Source: Leptolyngbyaceae cyanobacterium (GTDB taxonomy: Bacteria; Cyanobacteriota; Cyanobacteriia; Phormidesmidales; Phormidesmidaceae). Taken from it: a stretch of DNA of 64,000 bases. Position numbers and translations under genes: made by a program. The notes beneath the pieces were generated by a model, which was given only the letters and a program-made list of their open reading frames with translations, was not told the DNA's origin and searched no databases. The stretch lies in NCBI GenBank assembly GCA_965263355.1, contig CBDHHL010000032.1, positions 2,208,001 through 2,272,000 of the forward strand. Direction: 5' to 3'. Shown here in pieces: positions 28,731 through 40,014 of this stretch; the first letter of the stretch is position 1; the number at the start of each line of letters is the position of its first letter.

Positions 28731-29552
28731 ATGACTCAAAAAACATTTGCCCAATACGAACAAGAAGGCTGGCAACGCAACGCCGCAACCTATGACACCA
28801 TTGATTTGCCCATAACCCGTCAGGCTGTGGCCCCTATTCTAGAAAGCCTTGGCAATCTGCAAGGTTTGCACATGCTAGAACTTGCCTCAGGCACAGGATA
28901 CCTGGCACAACAGGCAATAGCCCGAGGTGCAATCATAACCGGTATTGATATTTCACCCAAGATGGTAGATCTTGCCCAACAACGGATATCTAAGGGCGCA
29001 ACCTTTTTAGTGGGTGATGCCGCCGCTCTCCCCCTTGAGACAAGCCAGTTTGATGCCGCTGTCTGCAGCTTTGGCTTTCCTCACTTTGCTGAGCCCCAAA
29101 CGGTTTTACAAGAAGCTGCCCGAGTACTAAAGCCTCACGGTATACTGTCATTTACCATTTGGCCAGAACCCGACCCTGACAACAACTTTTTTGGCCTGAT
29201 CAAAAAAGTCTGCAAAACCTATGCCGTAATGGATGTAGACTTACCCCCAGCCCCACCTAGCCGCGCTTTGGCAGATCCAACAATCCGAGAACCAATATTA
29301 ACCAACGCCGGGTTTAGAGATAGTTCCACTCAACCATTAGATCTCCATTGGCCCTTACTGGGTCCCAAAACAATGGTGGATTTTATCCTGAAAGGCTCCG
29401 TACGCACTCGTATGCTCTACGAACGCCAGACACCAGAAATTCAGGCACACATTCGAGATGCGTTGGTTGCAGAAACAATGCCATATATCCAATCTGGGCA
29501 AGAGACTATTCCTTGCCCAGGTCTGTTGGTAACAGCATTCCTGGAGAAATAA
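28731..29552 (+). CDS. Class I SAM-dependent methyltransferase
   Basis: LELASGTG, GIDIS, GDAAALP, FDAAVCSFG, RVLKPHG. Confidence 0.9.
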   Translation: MTQKTFAQYEQEGWQRNAATYDTIDLPITRQAVAPILESLGNLQGLHMLELASGTGYLAQQAIARGAIITGIDISPKMVDLAQQRISKGATFLVGDAAALPLETSQFDAAVCSFGFPHFAEPQTVLQEAARVLKPHGILSFTIWPEPDPDNNFFGLIKKVCKTYAVMDVDLPPAPPSRALADPTIREPILTNAGFRDSSTQPLDLHWPLLGPKTMVDFILKGSVRTRMLYERQTPEIQAHIRDALVAETMPYIQSGQETIPCPGLLVTAFLEK

Positions 29553-29559
29553 AAACCTG

Positions 29560-29589
29560 CGTAGAGGCATTGCATGCAATGCCTCTACG
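29560..29589. repeat. Perfect 30-bp palindrome (GTAG-type REP-like or bidirectional terminator)
   Basis: CGTAGAGGCATTGCA|TGCAATGCCTCTACG between convergent genes. Confidence 0.8.
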
Positions 29590-29600
29590 GGAAGGGTCGC

Positions 29601-29846
29601 CTAGGCCACTTTCACCTTCTTGGTCAAAATTGCCATCACCTCATTGGGCCGCCCAGTAGAGATTGGCTTACTCCAATCATTGGGCTCAGCATAGTGTTTG
29701 TTGTGTAACTCTTTGATGGTCAATTGTACGCTGAGCAGACTACCAAAGAGCATATGACGAACAACTTCAAACTGATGCTCGGGTAAGGCTTCTGGGGCAG
29801 GTGGAACTGTGGGTGCAACGGCACCCTGGGTTGGATCGGTAAGCAT
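29601..29846 (-). CDS. Small conserved cyanobacterial hypothetical protein
   Basis: VRHMLFGS...TIKELH...YAEPNDWSKP, recalled from a cyanobacterial family; GGAG upstream. Confidence 0.6.
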   Translation of the reverse strand: MLTDPTQGAVAPTVPPAPEALPEHQFEVVRHMLFGSLLSVQLTIKELHNKHYAEPNDWSKPISTGRPNEVMAILTKKVKVA

Positions 29847-29933
29847 TCGCTTTAGTCTCCGAAATAATAGTGGTCAAAAAGCTGCGTCAGGAGTACACCT
29901 GATCGCATGCTTAGTATGACTGCCTTCCGGACA

Positions 29934-30473
29934 TTAGTCAACCAAAAAATGTTGTTCTGATAATTTTTCTGAAAACGATGCTTGAAAATTGGCTTGTTTG
30001 GCAATAAGTTCTAAAAATTTTGTTGTGGAACGGTCGGGAGCATAGACGCCATTTTCCCATTCACTAACGGTTTGCCGACGGACCCCCAACTCCTCAGCAA
30101 ACTGGGCTTGGGTAAGGCTCATATGTTTTCGCAGGGCTTTGATGGCATCCTGTTGCCAAACAACAGCCCCATCTTTTTTCTGAATGTTGTATTCTGCCTG
30201 AAATTTACGAAAGGTTGCTCGTTGTTGGGCTAGATCAACGGTGTCAATGTGATAGCCGGCATTGACCCAAGCCTTGGCCTGGAGAGCGCTATTACTATCG
30301 CGATTGCTCCACCAGTTTTTTTTGGTGAATGCTGACGTGGGCAATGAGTTGTCTATCACCGCTTCAATCTGTGAAAAGGCCAGGGTGATTTCTTCTTGAT
30401 TGCATTTTTGTAAATGTTCAAACAGCGGATAGTATTTGCTGCCAGGCTTGATGCTCATCGTAGAAGGGTACAC
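29934..30473 (-). CDS. XRE-family HTH regulator with N-terminal KYxPL domain
   Basis: SKYYPLFEHL...NWWSN; IKALRKHMSLTQAQFAEELGVRRQTVSEWENG. Confidence 0.85.
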   Translation of the reverse strand: MYPSTMSIKPGSKYYPLFEHLQKCNQEEITLAFSQIEAVIDNSLPTSAFTKKNWWSNRDSNSALQAKAWVNAGYHIDTVDLAQQRATFRKFQAEYNIQKKDGAVVWQQDAIKALRKHMSLTQAQFAEELGVRRQTVSEWENGVYAPDRSTTKFLELIAKQANFQASFSEKLSEQHFLVD

Positions 30474-30510
30474 GGCTTAGCTTCCATAATAAGCGATGGG
30501 TTTAAGTTGC

Positions 30511-33096
30511 TTACAAACCAATCAAAAAGAATGCGGCCCAGTCACGGGGGTTAGGGTGTTCTTCTAAAGTGCTCAGCATGGCCTGACGAAGGGCAACCGC
30601 TTTGTCTGGTTCAGTTTGTAGCTGTTGATAAAACTCGGTCATTAATAGGGCGGTGGCTTCATCGGGCACAGCCCAGAGAGAGGCAACAAGATTGTTGGCC
30701 CCTGCGGCTAAAAAGGACCGGGAGAGACCCACGACGCCATCCCCCGTAATCTGACCTCGGCCTGTATTACAGGCGCTGAGCACCACCAGGTCGGCCTGCA
30801 GGTCAAGCTGCATCACTTCCTGGGCGGTGAGTAGACCATCATCGGGCTGATCGAGATCGCGCCTTTCCCTCGTCGGTGTCAGAGCAATGGCACTACTTAA
30901 CCCATGCTGTTCGTCCATTAAGCCATGGGTAGCCAGATGAATAATATCGGCATCACTCAGCCGTGCGCGGACGGCGGTTTCGGTGGCCGCTGCCCCCAGC
31001 AGAGGGGTGGTGTTGAGGATGGGTGCGATCGCAATTGCCTCCGCCTCGGCCCCCGGCAAATCAGTTAACGGCGTCGGTGGTTCTCCCGCCATCATTGGCA
31101 CCGCAGGCATATCAGGATTACCCACAATCACAGCCGATGCTGCCTTTGCACGATCAATCCCCACCACCAGCGCCTGACCTGATTGATGCATCGAACGCTG
31201 TTGCAAGAAATTAAGGGTTTGTAGTGAGGGGGCCAGGCCCAACGTGTGGTTTTCAATCAAATAGTTACCCTGGGCATCCCGTAAAGCCGGAAACGGCACC
31301 AAAAACAGTTCACGATGGGGCACAATTACCACCTTCTCAGCGGCAGACACTGGCAAATAGTCAGCAATCGGTGCCATGGTCAGCTGGTAAAGCTGTTTTA
31401 GATTAGCCTGCGCCATCCTTGGCGATTGGGACGATTGAGCCGATTGAAAACTGTTATTCCATGGATTAAATCCACGTACCCCTAGACTATCCTGGTTAGC
31501 AATCAGTAGCTCTTTGATCGAATCAGGTTGCTGTGCCAGATCCACCTGCTCAAAATGGACCTCGCCTGTGGGAGTTACCACCCAAATAAATAAGCTCTGA
31601 TCCTCAAATCGACTACGACCGGGGGAGGGGTGACGAATAATGGAATATTGAACCAATGTAGTCGCCTGTTGTTTGGCCAGGGATTTAATCTCGGTGATGC
31701 CCAGTTTTATAACAGGCATCGGGGCGTCCAAGGTTTGTTTAGCCAACAACTCGGCAAAGGCTCTGGCTCGACCCCGTTCTGTCACCACTAAGGCTGCTTC
31801 AATATCTCCCTGCTCAATCAGCACCTGTTGTAGTTGGTCATACAGATAGGACTGAGTCTCAAATAGTGACACCTTATTGATGTCCTGTAGACCGGGCTCC
31901 AATGCTTCAAACTTATCTAGTGCTTTGTACAATATTCTCTGGGCTGTCGGCAGCTTGCCCTGGGCTCGGTCAATGGCAGCCAAACCACTGAGGGCATTGA
32001 TTTGACCCACTTCATCATGGTTATATCTAGCCCAGCCATAGGCCTCATCATAATAATCCAGAGCCTGGTCATAGCCTCGTCTGACAAAGTGAAGTTGCCC
32101 CAGATGACTCAGGGTCCGGCTATAGTCTGGCCCTATGTACTTGTCTCGGTATGCCAACGCTTCGTGCAACGTATCTAGGGCCCGGTTAAACTCACCCTGC
32201 TCAGCATACAGCTCACCCAGGTTGTTCAGAATACTGGCCAGTTCATGCCACTGGCCCTGGGAAATAGCGCTCTCTTTGGCTGCTAGATAAACATCCTGGG
32301 CTTTACCATAGGCCTGCTGTTGTAAATAAACATGGCCCAAGCCATTGAGATATCGGGGGATCCCTTTCCAATATCCAACAAACTTGGCCTCGGTGAGGGC
32401 TGTTTCATAGGCAACCTCAGCTTGGGCGTAATCCCCCAGGGTGTAGTGAATATTTCCCATTTCTGCCAGGATTCTGGTGCGATCCACCCGATCTGAACTT
32501 TGGGCAAGGGCCGATGCTAACGTATCCAGAGCCTTACTATACTGTCCCGTGTGGCGATAAACTTCCCCCAGCGCTAGATTGTATCGATTTTGCTCAGCAA
32601 AGTCGGAGAGTAATCCCCGTTGCACCTGACGGAGCCGTTGCCAGCTGCGGCTAATATTGCCCTGCTCTAGCCAGATTAGCGCCTGCATTAGAAACCCTCG
32701 GTTACGCTGGGTGATGGCTAAGCCTGAAGGGATGGCAAGTTGGTCAGCTTGGTTAAGGGTTTGCTGAGCCCGATCATAGTTGCCCAAACGATAGTGGGCA
32801 AAACTTAGGTCGATTAAGCTATTGTGCTCACCGACTAGATCTCCAGCACTGCGATACATCTGAATAGCCATTTCCAATGGGCGGATAGCGGCTTGACTAC
32901 TGCCCATACGGAGAAATGTTTTTCCTTGTTGATGCTGCCCTTGGGCGGCATTAGTGGATTTGCTTCCAGCAATTTGTGTGGTATTTGCCTGGCCAGCTCG
33001 GGCCTCTGCCCCCGACCCTACTGCCCCTAATAAACCAATAATCAGCAGCCAGCCAACCCCTCGAAAACCTGCCATAAACGCCCAATTCTGTGACAA
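30511..33096 (-). CDS. Secreted TPR + CHAT domain protein
   Basis: Signal peptide, TPR repeats, IIHLATHG and LVVLSACNTG catalytic motifs. Confidence 0.92.
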   Translation of the reverse strand: MSQNWAFMAGFRGVGWLLIIGLLGAVGSGAEARAGQANTTQIAGSKSTNAAQGQHQQGKTFLRMGSSQAAIRPLEMAIQMYRSAGDLVGEHNSLIDLSFAHYRLGNYDRAQQTLNQADQLAIPSGLAITQRNRGFLMQALIWLEQGNISRSWQRLRQVQRGLLSDFAEQNRYNLALGEVYRHTGQYSKALDTLASALAQSSDRVDRTRILAEMGNIHYTLGDYAQAEVAYETALTEAKFVGYWKGIPRYLNGLGHVYLQQQAYGKAQDVYLAAKESAISQGQWHELASILNNLGELYAEQGEFNRALDTLHEALAYRDKYIGPDYSRTLSHLGQLHFVRRGYDQALDYYDEAYGWARYNHDEVGQINALSGLAAIDRAQGKLPTAQRILYKALDKFEALEPGLQDINKVSLFETQSYLYDQLQQVLIEQGDIEAALVVTERGRARAFAELLAKQTLDAPMPVIKLGITEIKSLAKQQATTLVQYSIIRHPSPGRSRFEDQSLFIWVVTPTGEVHFEQVDLAQQPDSIKELLIANQDSLGVRGFNPWNNSFQSAQSSQSPRMAQANLKQLYQLTMAPIADYLPVSAAEKVVIVPHRELFLVPFPALRDAQGNYLIENHTLGLAPSLQTLNFLQQRSMHQSGQALVVGIDRAKAASAVIVGNPDMPAVPMMAGEPPTPLTDLPGAEAEAIAIAPILNTTPLLGAAATETAVRARLSDADIIHLATHGLMDEQHGLSSAIALTPTRERRDLDQPDDGLLTAQEVMQLDLQADLVVLSACNTGRGQITGDGVVGLSRSFLAAGANNLVASLWAVPDEATALLMTEFYQQLQTEPDKAVALRQAMLSTLEEHPNPRDWAAFFLIGL

Positions 33097-33214
33097 CTAT
33101 CCATAGAACCCGTATTGTCCCCAAGATCAATACCCAGATTGATCTAATTGCTTATACAGGCTAACTTGGGCCGTTTTAGGATGCTTATGGCATATTTCTG
33201 CCACCGTACTTGGC

Positions 33215-33280
33215 AATCGGTGGGCTATGCCTACCCTACGATCCTTGGGGATCGGTGGGCTAGGCCCACCCTACGATCCT
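33215..33280. repeat. Two tandem REP-like units
   Basis: ATCGGTGGGCTATGCCTACCCTACGATCCT and ATCGGTGGGCTAGGCCCACCCTACGATCCT. Confidence 0.65.
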
Positions 33281-33401
33281 CTTCACTCACGTCGCCACCC
33301 ACTCCCTCTCTAACCTCAAGATTGTTATCCTTTAAATAGAATAAATAGAAAAAGTCACAATCGAAGTTTGTCTGACGCCAAGCTATGGTTATATACCGCT
33401 G

Positions 33402-34676
33402 GTGGATTACACAAGACGAGTTGGCATGATGAGAGTTCTGGATAAACGACACCGGATAATGGCATTGCTGTTTGCAATGATGATATTAGTGTCGCTGGGC
33501 TTTTGGCTAGACCGTGGTGATGTTAATAGTCCTAATGCTGCCTGGGCGGCTAAGAGGAATTTTTGGGGTGATCGGCAAGTGGTGGCGGCGTTACGATCTG
33601 GGTTTGACCAGGCGGACCAGGCGGCACAATTAGCCCAAACTGCTAGAACGGTCGATCAGTGGGATGAGGTGGTAGAGGTCTGGACGGGTGCGATCGCATC
33701 ACTGCAAACTATTCCCGCCCAAAGCCCGGAGCGTTTTTTTGCCCAACGTAAACAGCGAGAATATTTACAAAATCTAGCGTTGGCCCAACAACAGGCCAAT
33801 CAGCTGAGTTGGCCCAACGTATTTCCCAGCCTGGGCAGTGCGATCTTAGATGAACAATTACGGCTTTACCTCAGCTATCTGGCCACAATGGGGCCCCCAG
33901 ACATTCTAATTATTGGCAGTTCCCGCGCTCTTCAAGGATTAGATCCGCAGCAGTTACAGGCAGGGTTAAACGATCAGGGTTATCCTGCTAGGGTCTACAA
34001 CTTCAGTATTAATGGTGCAACGGCCCAGGTGATGAACTTTGTCCTACAGCGCCTATTTACGCCAGAGCAGTTGCCTAAGTTGGTAATCTGGGGTGACGGG
34101 TCACGGGCATTTAATAGCCGTCGGGTAGATGCCACATTTGCCCAAATTCTTAACTCACCGGGGTACCAGGCCATTGTGGCAGGGCAGCAACCTGGATTTA
34201 CCGACAGCTCGACCGTACCCAAACAACCCAGTGCCATAAATGCCTATGGTTTTTTGCCTGTGGCGACTGTGTTTGATCCAGATAGCTTTTACCAAACCTA
34301 TCCTCGCGTCAGTGGCCAATATGATGGCTTCTATAATCCGTTTGGTCTGACGGGGTTACAGTTGGGATCGTTGCGATCGCTGGTGGACTATCTCAAACGC
34401 CGCAATATTGATTTAGTTTACGTCAATCTTCCCCTGAGTGGTGACTATTTAGATGACTATCGTCTATCCGTCGATCAACGTTTTCAACAGTTTTTGCAAA
34501 CCCAAAGTGAACGTCTAGGGTTTACTGTTGTTGATCTCCTGTCCCAATGGATAAGGCAGGATAACTTTTTTGCTGACCCCAGCCACTTAAATCAAACAGG
34601 GGCCGCAAATGTGGGGCAACAGCTAGCCCGTAATCCATTGGTATTGGAAAAACTAAGGGCCTTAAACATGAACTAA
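33402..34676 (+). CDS. Membrane-anchored hypothetical protein with SGNH/DUF1574-like domain
   Basis: [31 protein letters not shown]. Confidence 0.7.
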   Translation: MDYTRRVGMMRVLDKRHRIMALLFAMMILVSLGFWLDRGDVNSPNAAWAAKRNFWGDRQVVAALRSGFDQADQAAQLAQTARTVDQWDEVVEVWTGAIASLQTIPAQSPERFFAQRKQREYLQNLALAQQQANQLSWPNVFPSLGSAILDEQLRLYLSYLATMGPPDILIIGSSRALQGLDPQQLQAGLNDQGYPARVYNFSINGATAQVMNFVLQRLFTPEQLPKLVIWGDGSRAFNSRRVDATFAQILNSPGYQAIVAGQQPGFTDSSTVPKQPSAINAYGFLPVATVFDPDSFYQTYPRVSGQYDGFYNPFGLTGLQLGSLRSLVDYLKRRNIDLVYVNLPLSGDYLDDYRLSVDQRFQQFLQTQSERLGFTVVDLLSQWIRQDNFFADPSHLNQTGAANVGQQLARNPLVLEKLRALNMN

Positions 34677-34693
34677 GGGAGGGTATTAACATC

Positions 34694-35941
34694 TTGAAGC
34701 AGGGACTGAGTGAGATAGTGTTAGCACATACCCCGATTCTCAGCCCTCACCCCATGCTTATTGAACGGTTATCTACCAAGGACTTTAGTGCCTTAGCAGA
34801 ACTCTACCGGTCCACACTGCTAGAAACAGTATTGCCCTTTTGGCAGCGGCACTCATTAGATCACGATTACGGCGGCTACTTTACATGTCTAGACATCCAG
34901 GGCAATGTTTACGACACTGATAAATTTATCTGGCTACAAAATCGACAGGTTTGGACATTTTCGATGTTGTATAACCGTCTAGAGCAATGTGCCGATTGGT
35001 TAGCTATTGCTCGTCACGGTGCTGATTTTCTGGCGCAACACGGGCGTGATGCTGATGGCAATTGGTATTTTTCCCTAGATCGCCAGGGACGTCCCCTAAT
35101 ACAGCCTTACAACATTTTTTCTGATTGTTTTGCGGCCATGGCCTTCAGCCAATATGCCCAGGCCAGTGGCGATGGTACTGCTAAAGAAATAGCACTGCAG
35201 GCCTACAACAATGTACTGTGTCGTCAAGATAACCCTAAAGGTCAATATAACAAGGCCTATCCAGGCACTCGCCCGATGAAATCTTTAGCAGTACCGATGA
35301 TTTTGGCTAACCTAACCCTGGAAATGGACTGGTTGCTAACCACAGAACATCTAGACTCAGTGCTCAATCAAACTATTCAGGCTGTCATGGAAGAGTTTTT
35401 AGATGTTGAAAGTGGCCTAATCTATGAAAATATTGCCCCGGATAGTTCCCCCATTGACTGCTTTGAAGGGCGGTTACTTAATCCTGGTCATGGTATCGAA
35501 GCCATGTGGTTCATGATGGATATTGGCCAGCGACGTCAAGATACGACATTAATTAATCGCGCTGTCGATACTACCCTCAAAATTCTTGAACGAGGCTGGG
35601 ACAACCAGTACGGTGGCATTTTTTACTTTCTAGACCGCATGGGCTACCCACCTCAACAACTGGAATGGAGTCAAAAACTTTGGTGGGTCCATCTAGAAAG
35701 CTTGATAGCCCTGCTTTTAGGATATCGACTCACCCAACGAGATGACTGCTGGAAATGGTATTGCACCGTTCATAACTACACCTGGTCTCGATTTAATGAT
35801 CCAGACCACGGTGAGTGGTTTGGGTATCTCAATCGCCAGGGAGATGTTTTATTGCCGTTAAAGGGAGGTAAGTGGAAAGGCTGTTTCCATGTACCACGAG
35901 CACTTTACCTGGGTTGGCAACATGCCCAGGCATTAACTTAA
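34694..35941 (+). CDS. N-acylglucosamine 2-epimerase (AGE family)
   Basis: [49 protein letters not shown]; the true start may be ATG 34754. Confidence 0.92.
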   Translation: MKQGLSEIVLAHTPILSPHPMLIERLSTKDFSALAELYRSTLLETVLPFWQRHSLDHDYGGYFTCLDIQGNVYDTDKFIWLQNRQVWTFSMLYNRLEQCADWLAIARHGADFLAQHGRDADGNWYFSLDRQGRPLIQPYNIFSDCFAAMAFSQYAQASGDGTAKEIALQAYNNVLCRQDNPKGQYNKAYPGTRPMKSLAVPMILANLTLEMDWLLTTEHLDSVLNQTIQAVMEEFLDVESGLIYENIAPDSSPIDCFEGRLLNPGHGIEAMWFMMDIGQRRQDTTLINRAVDTTLKILERGWDNQYGGIFYFLDRMGYPPQQLEWSQKLWWVHLESLIALLLGYRLTQRDDCWKWYCTVHNYTWSRFNDPDHGEWFGYLNRQGDVLLPLKGGKWKGCFHVPRALYLGWQHAQALT

Positions 35942-36144
35942 CGTTTTGTTTTATTTTTTACCTGAGACGGTGGCGGCCCTAAAAGTTCGCTAACACAGGT
36001 TATCCATTGCTCTGTTTGCTGGCGTAGCAGCTCCTCATCCATACCCTCAAAGGGAAAATCTTTTTCCAACTGTCGCCAAAACTCCGGATCTTGATTGCAA
36101 CTGGAAGAACGAGATGAACTTTTAGCAGATTTATTCAAAGCCAT
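35938..36144 (-). CDS. Small hypothetical protein
   Basis: 68-aa ORF with AAGGA RBS-like sequence upstream; no recognised motif. Confidence 0.45.
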   Translation of the reverse strand: MALNKSAKSSSRSSSCNQDPEFWRQLEKDFPFEGMDEELLRQQTEQWITCVSELLGPPPSQVKNKTKR

Positions 36145-37484
36145 AAAATTCCTTGGTTAGCTGAATAGGTCGTGGGTACTCAACTAATTTCAAGGTGCCC
36201 AATGATACACAGCTTTTCAGAATACTTGGGAAACTTAAGCGTTTTTGACGATAACCTAATCACTAATATTAAGTGGGTTTAACCAGGAACGTCCTTATTT
36301 AATAACATTCTGGTGTTATAACTACGTAGGAATGGCTACTCGTGGCAATTTTTATGCAATCTGAGATCGCCATATTGGGCTACCTAGTGGCATTTAAAGT
36401 TTTTAGCGTTGATGCTGCACTAGACCTTGAGATCTGGCCCTACGCTATAGATACGTACAGCTATTAATCAAACGAAGAATTAGCCGTACTCTAAATTAAT
36501 GTGACACTCTTGGGGATTGCTACAGGTGGCACAGTACTTATTAGCTGCACCTAAAGCTAGAGCTATAATGTCGCCATCTATGTATTCCGTGGTTTACAAA
36601 GGTCACCTTATTACGTTTTATTCTCAGTAAGGCAATCCTGCTGAGGTAACTACAGACCAACCTTGATTTCCACCTATTGAGTTACCGTACAAAACTTTGT
36701 ACAGCAAACTCGGCTTATATTTAGTACAAATGAACTAAATCGTGATACTATCCCCCTGTAGCTATCCATCTAAGCAAGTCTCATATGCCGTTTAGGGGAA
36801 GTAGGTTTATTTATCTATTTCACTCATAGGTCTTCATTGATTTTACTTATGGTGGATGTCGATCACTGGGTTTAGTCTCGAAATAAGACAAAAGTTGTTC
36901 TAAAAACTACAGAATTGCCCCCGGTTCGCCCCTAAACTTTAGAGCTGACTAAATCACTAAGGGAAGAGTTGCAACAAATCGGTAGAGGAAGTGTGGAGTG
37001 AGTGTAGAAATCTATTTGTTACCGATGTTTATAAGTTCGGTTATCGCCTAAGGAAAACCCCACCTAAGCGCTCAAAGGTTAAGCCATACTAGCAATGTGG
37101 AAATTGTCATTATCCTTTCTTCTCTCAGGTAGCTCTAATCTTAGCCTATGTTAATTTCTCATCTACCTAAATTAAAGTAATGGCAATGGAGATGTGTTTT
37201 ATGAGAGTTATTTCATCTAGTGCAATCAACACTATTAGTTAGGGTAAAATCAAACTCATAATGAATCCGATTTGAGTTCGTTTTTTCAGAAATATAGGTA
37301 TTATGTTTGGCCTTGGCCTAGGCGGTTGAAACGGATTTTAGGGTAATTTCACTGATTGAAATCCGATTTGTTGTGCTCTGCGTATTCCTAATACAACTCG
37401 TCATTAACGATTCAAACCAGGAACAAGGGTGAAATCCACATCCTACACCTGACACACTTTTTCCAGCGGAGGTCCATAAAAGCC

Positions 37485-38471
37485 ATGTCAAAGCTGAAAG
37501 CCCCAAAACGAGCTTCCCAAGTTGCGTATAGCACTGATACTGTACGCACTTATTTGCAGGAGATTGGGCGTGTGCCCCTACTTACCCATGAAGAGGAAAT
37601 TGTATTGGGTAAGCAAGTGCAGTGTCTGATGGCCTTGCAGGAAATCAAGGATAAATTGGACGACGAACTTGGGAGCAACGCCAGCCGATCAGCTTGGGCG
37701 CAGGCTGCTAGTATTTCAGAAACCGAGTTGACTCATCAACTACGGCACGGTCAGCGCGCAAAACGCAAAATGATTGAGGCCAATCTGCGTCTTGTCGTGG
37801 CAGTGGCTAAAAAGTATCAAAAGCGTAATCTAGAGTTTCTAGATTTGATTCAAGAAGGTACGTTGGGCCTAGAGCGCGGTGTGGAAAAGTTTGACCCTAT
37901 GAAGGGCTATAAGTTTTCTACCTATGCTTATTGGTGGATTCGCCAGGCGATTACTCGTGCGATCGCTCAGCAGTCCCGCACAATTCGCTTGCCTATTCAC
38001 ATTACTGAGAAGCTTAATAAAATTAAGCGTGAGCAGCGTGTGCTTGCCCAAAGACTAGGACGTAGTCCATCAGTGGGTGAAATTGGTCAGGAGCTTGACC
38101 TGACCCCCGAACAGGTCAGGGAATATTTGACCATGTCCCGTCAGCCTATTTCTCTGGATGTCCGTATTGGTGACAACCAGGACACAGAACTTCAGGAACT
38201 TCTAGAGGACGACACCGTGTCTCCTGAAGACTACACCGTTCAGCAGTCACTGCGGCAAGACATTCGCAATATGCTGACTGAGCTTACCCCCCAGCAAAAG
38301 GAAGTCATCAATCTTCGATTTGGTCTGGTAGATGGAACCCAGCTATCCTTGGCTAAAGTAGGTCAGCGCATGGGCATTAGCCGTGAGCGTGTCCGCCAGC
38401 TAGAACAGCAGGCGCTTAAGCATCTCCGTCGCCGCAAGGCTACATTCCAAGGTTACCTAGCAGCTGGTTAA
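37485..38471 (+). CDS. Group 2 RpoD-like sigma factor
   Basis: [57 protein letters not shown]; no region 1.1. Confidence 0.93.
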   Translation: MSKLKAPKRASQVAYSTDTVRTYLQEIGRVPLLTHEEEIVLGKQVQCLMALQEIKDKLDDELGSNASRSAWAQAASISETELTHQLRHGQRAKRKMIEANLRLVVAVAKKYQKRNLEFLDLIQEGTLGLERGVEKFDPMKGYKFSTYAYWWIRQAITRAIAQQSRTIRLPIHITEKLNKIKREQRVLAQRLGRSPSVGEIGQELDLTPEQVREYLTMSRQPISLDVRIGDNQDTELQELLEDDTVSPEDYTVQQSLRQDIRNMLTELTPQQKEVINLRFGLVDGTQLSLAKVGQRMGISRERVRQLEQQALKHLRRRKATFQGYLAAG

Positions 38472-38514
38472 GGTACTTTGTAGCTAGATTGGCTTTCCCT
38501 GGACATCTACAAAC

Positions 38515-38544
38515 AGGCTCCTGGTTAAGGCCGGGAGCTTTTTT
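38515..38544 (+). terminator. Intrinsic terminator
   Basis: GGCTCCTGGTT-AA-GGCCGGGAGC hairpin followed by a T run. Confidence 0.75.
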
Positions 38545-38565
38545 ATCTACCACGGACTAGGTTTC

Positions 38566-39579
38566 CTATAATAATGTGCTTAGTTGTTCTCCAGGTTCCA
38601 ATCGCCCCCCATTGGCAAACGCCCAACCAGACTGAGATTTTTTACCTGCAGGCTGTAACTGACGCAACAGCAAATATCCATCACCGGTACTAATAACGGG
38701 ACCATGGTTTTTCCAGATAGCCACAATTTGGCCAGGAACCGCAGGCTCTAAGTGGCTATAAGCCTCTTTTAGGGACTGATATTCCTGGGGTAGTTGAGCC
38801 CAAACCTCATCACAGAAGGGGATAGTTTCAGTGATTTTAAGGGATTGCCTGCGCAGTTGAGTGACACAGCTGGGATAAAACCCCCGTATTTGGTTGTGAA
38901 TATCTAACGCTGAACGTTGCCAGTCAATAATGAAATTCTCTTTTTTGATTAATGGCGCGTAGGTAGCCTGGTCCTCAGTTTGAGGAATAGGACGAATTGC
39001 TTGACCGTCGAGCTTGTGCAGGGTACTCAGCAGCAACTCAGCTGTCAATGTAGCCAATGTTTCAGCAATGGACCAAGCATTATCCAGCAGTCCAATGGAA
39101 ATGGTTTCTTTCAGTAGCATTGGCCCCGTGTCCATGCCAGCATCCATAAGCATAGTGGTGACACCGGTTTCAGTTTCACCATTAAACAAACTCCACTGGA
39201 TGGGAGCTGCTCCACGATACGTCGGTAAAATTGACCCATGGCCATTGATTGCTCCTAATCGTGGCATGTCTAAAATTTCCTGAGATAGAATTTGGCCATA
39301 GGCAACTACAACAAACGCGTCGGCCTGAGACACACTCAAAAAATTTAAGGTATCAGCGTCTTTTTTAATTTTTTGAGGTTGCCATACCGGGATACCTGCT
39401 TCAGTCGCCACTACTTTGACTGGGGATGGCGTAACCTTACTCCCTCGACCACGGCGTTTATCTGGCTGAGTTACGACAGCAACTACATCAAAATCAGGAT
39501 CCTTAATCAAGCGGACAAGGCTGGGTACCGCAAATTGTGGGGTGCCAAAGTAGACAACTTTCATTGCAACAGGGGTCAC
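38566..39579 (-). CDS. fmt: Methionyl-tRNA formyltransferase
   Basis: [52 protein letters not shown]. Confidence 0.96.
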   Translation of the reverse strand: MTPVAMKVVYFGTPQFAVPSLVRLIKDPDFDVVAVVTQPDKRRGRGSKVTPSPVKVVATEAGIPVWQPQKIKKDADTLNFLSVSQADAFVVVAYGQILSQEILDMPRLGAINGHGSILPTYRGAAPIQWSLFNGETETGVTTMLMDAGMDTGPMLLKETISIGLLDNAWSIAETLATLTAELLLSTLHKLDGQAIRPIPQTEDQATYAPLIKKENFIIDWQRSALDIHNQIRGFYPSCVTQLRRQSLKITETIPFCDEVWAQLPQEYQSLKEAYSHLEPAVPGQIVAIWKNHGPVISTGDGYLLLRQLQPAGKKSQSGWAFANGGRLEPGEQLSTLL

Positions 39580-39610
39580 GGAATAGGTGAATTGATTATC
39601 AGCATGCCGC

Positions 39611-39860
39611 TAACGGCGATCAATAGCAATTCCAATATGGCAAGGCGTGCAGTCCGTCGCTAACGGCGATCAATAGCAATTCCAATATGGCAAGGCGTGC
39701 AGTCCGTCGCTAACGGCGATCAATAGCAATTCCAATATGGCAAGGCGTGCAGTCCGTCGCTAACGGCGATCAATAGCAATTCCAATATGGCAAGGCGTGC
39801 AGTCCGTCGCTAACGGCGATCAATAGCAATTCCAATATGGCAAGGCGTGCAGTCCGTCGC
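39611..39860. repeat. Five identical 50-bp tandem repeats
   Basis: TAACGGCGATCAATAGCAATTCCAATATGGCAAGGCGTGCAGTCCGTCGC at 39611, 39661, 39711, 39761 and 39811; no spacers. Confidence 0.95.
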
Positions 39861-40014
39861 AATTTCAATATGCAAGGCGATTGCAGCTGTCGCTAATTGG
39901 GGATCTGTTATCAGTGATGGGCCGACTTTGACCATAGCCGATGGTAACCCAGCGATAGTCTGGTAAATTACCCGCTAAATAGGACCTCAAAGCATTGGCT
40001 TGTTGAGTCCGTCG

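Noticed and set aside
39611..39860. CRISPR array
   Set aside because: Units are identical and contiguous with no spacers; no cas genes; the sequence derives from the neighbouring gene end.
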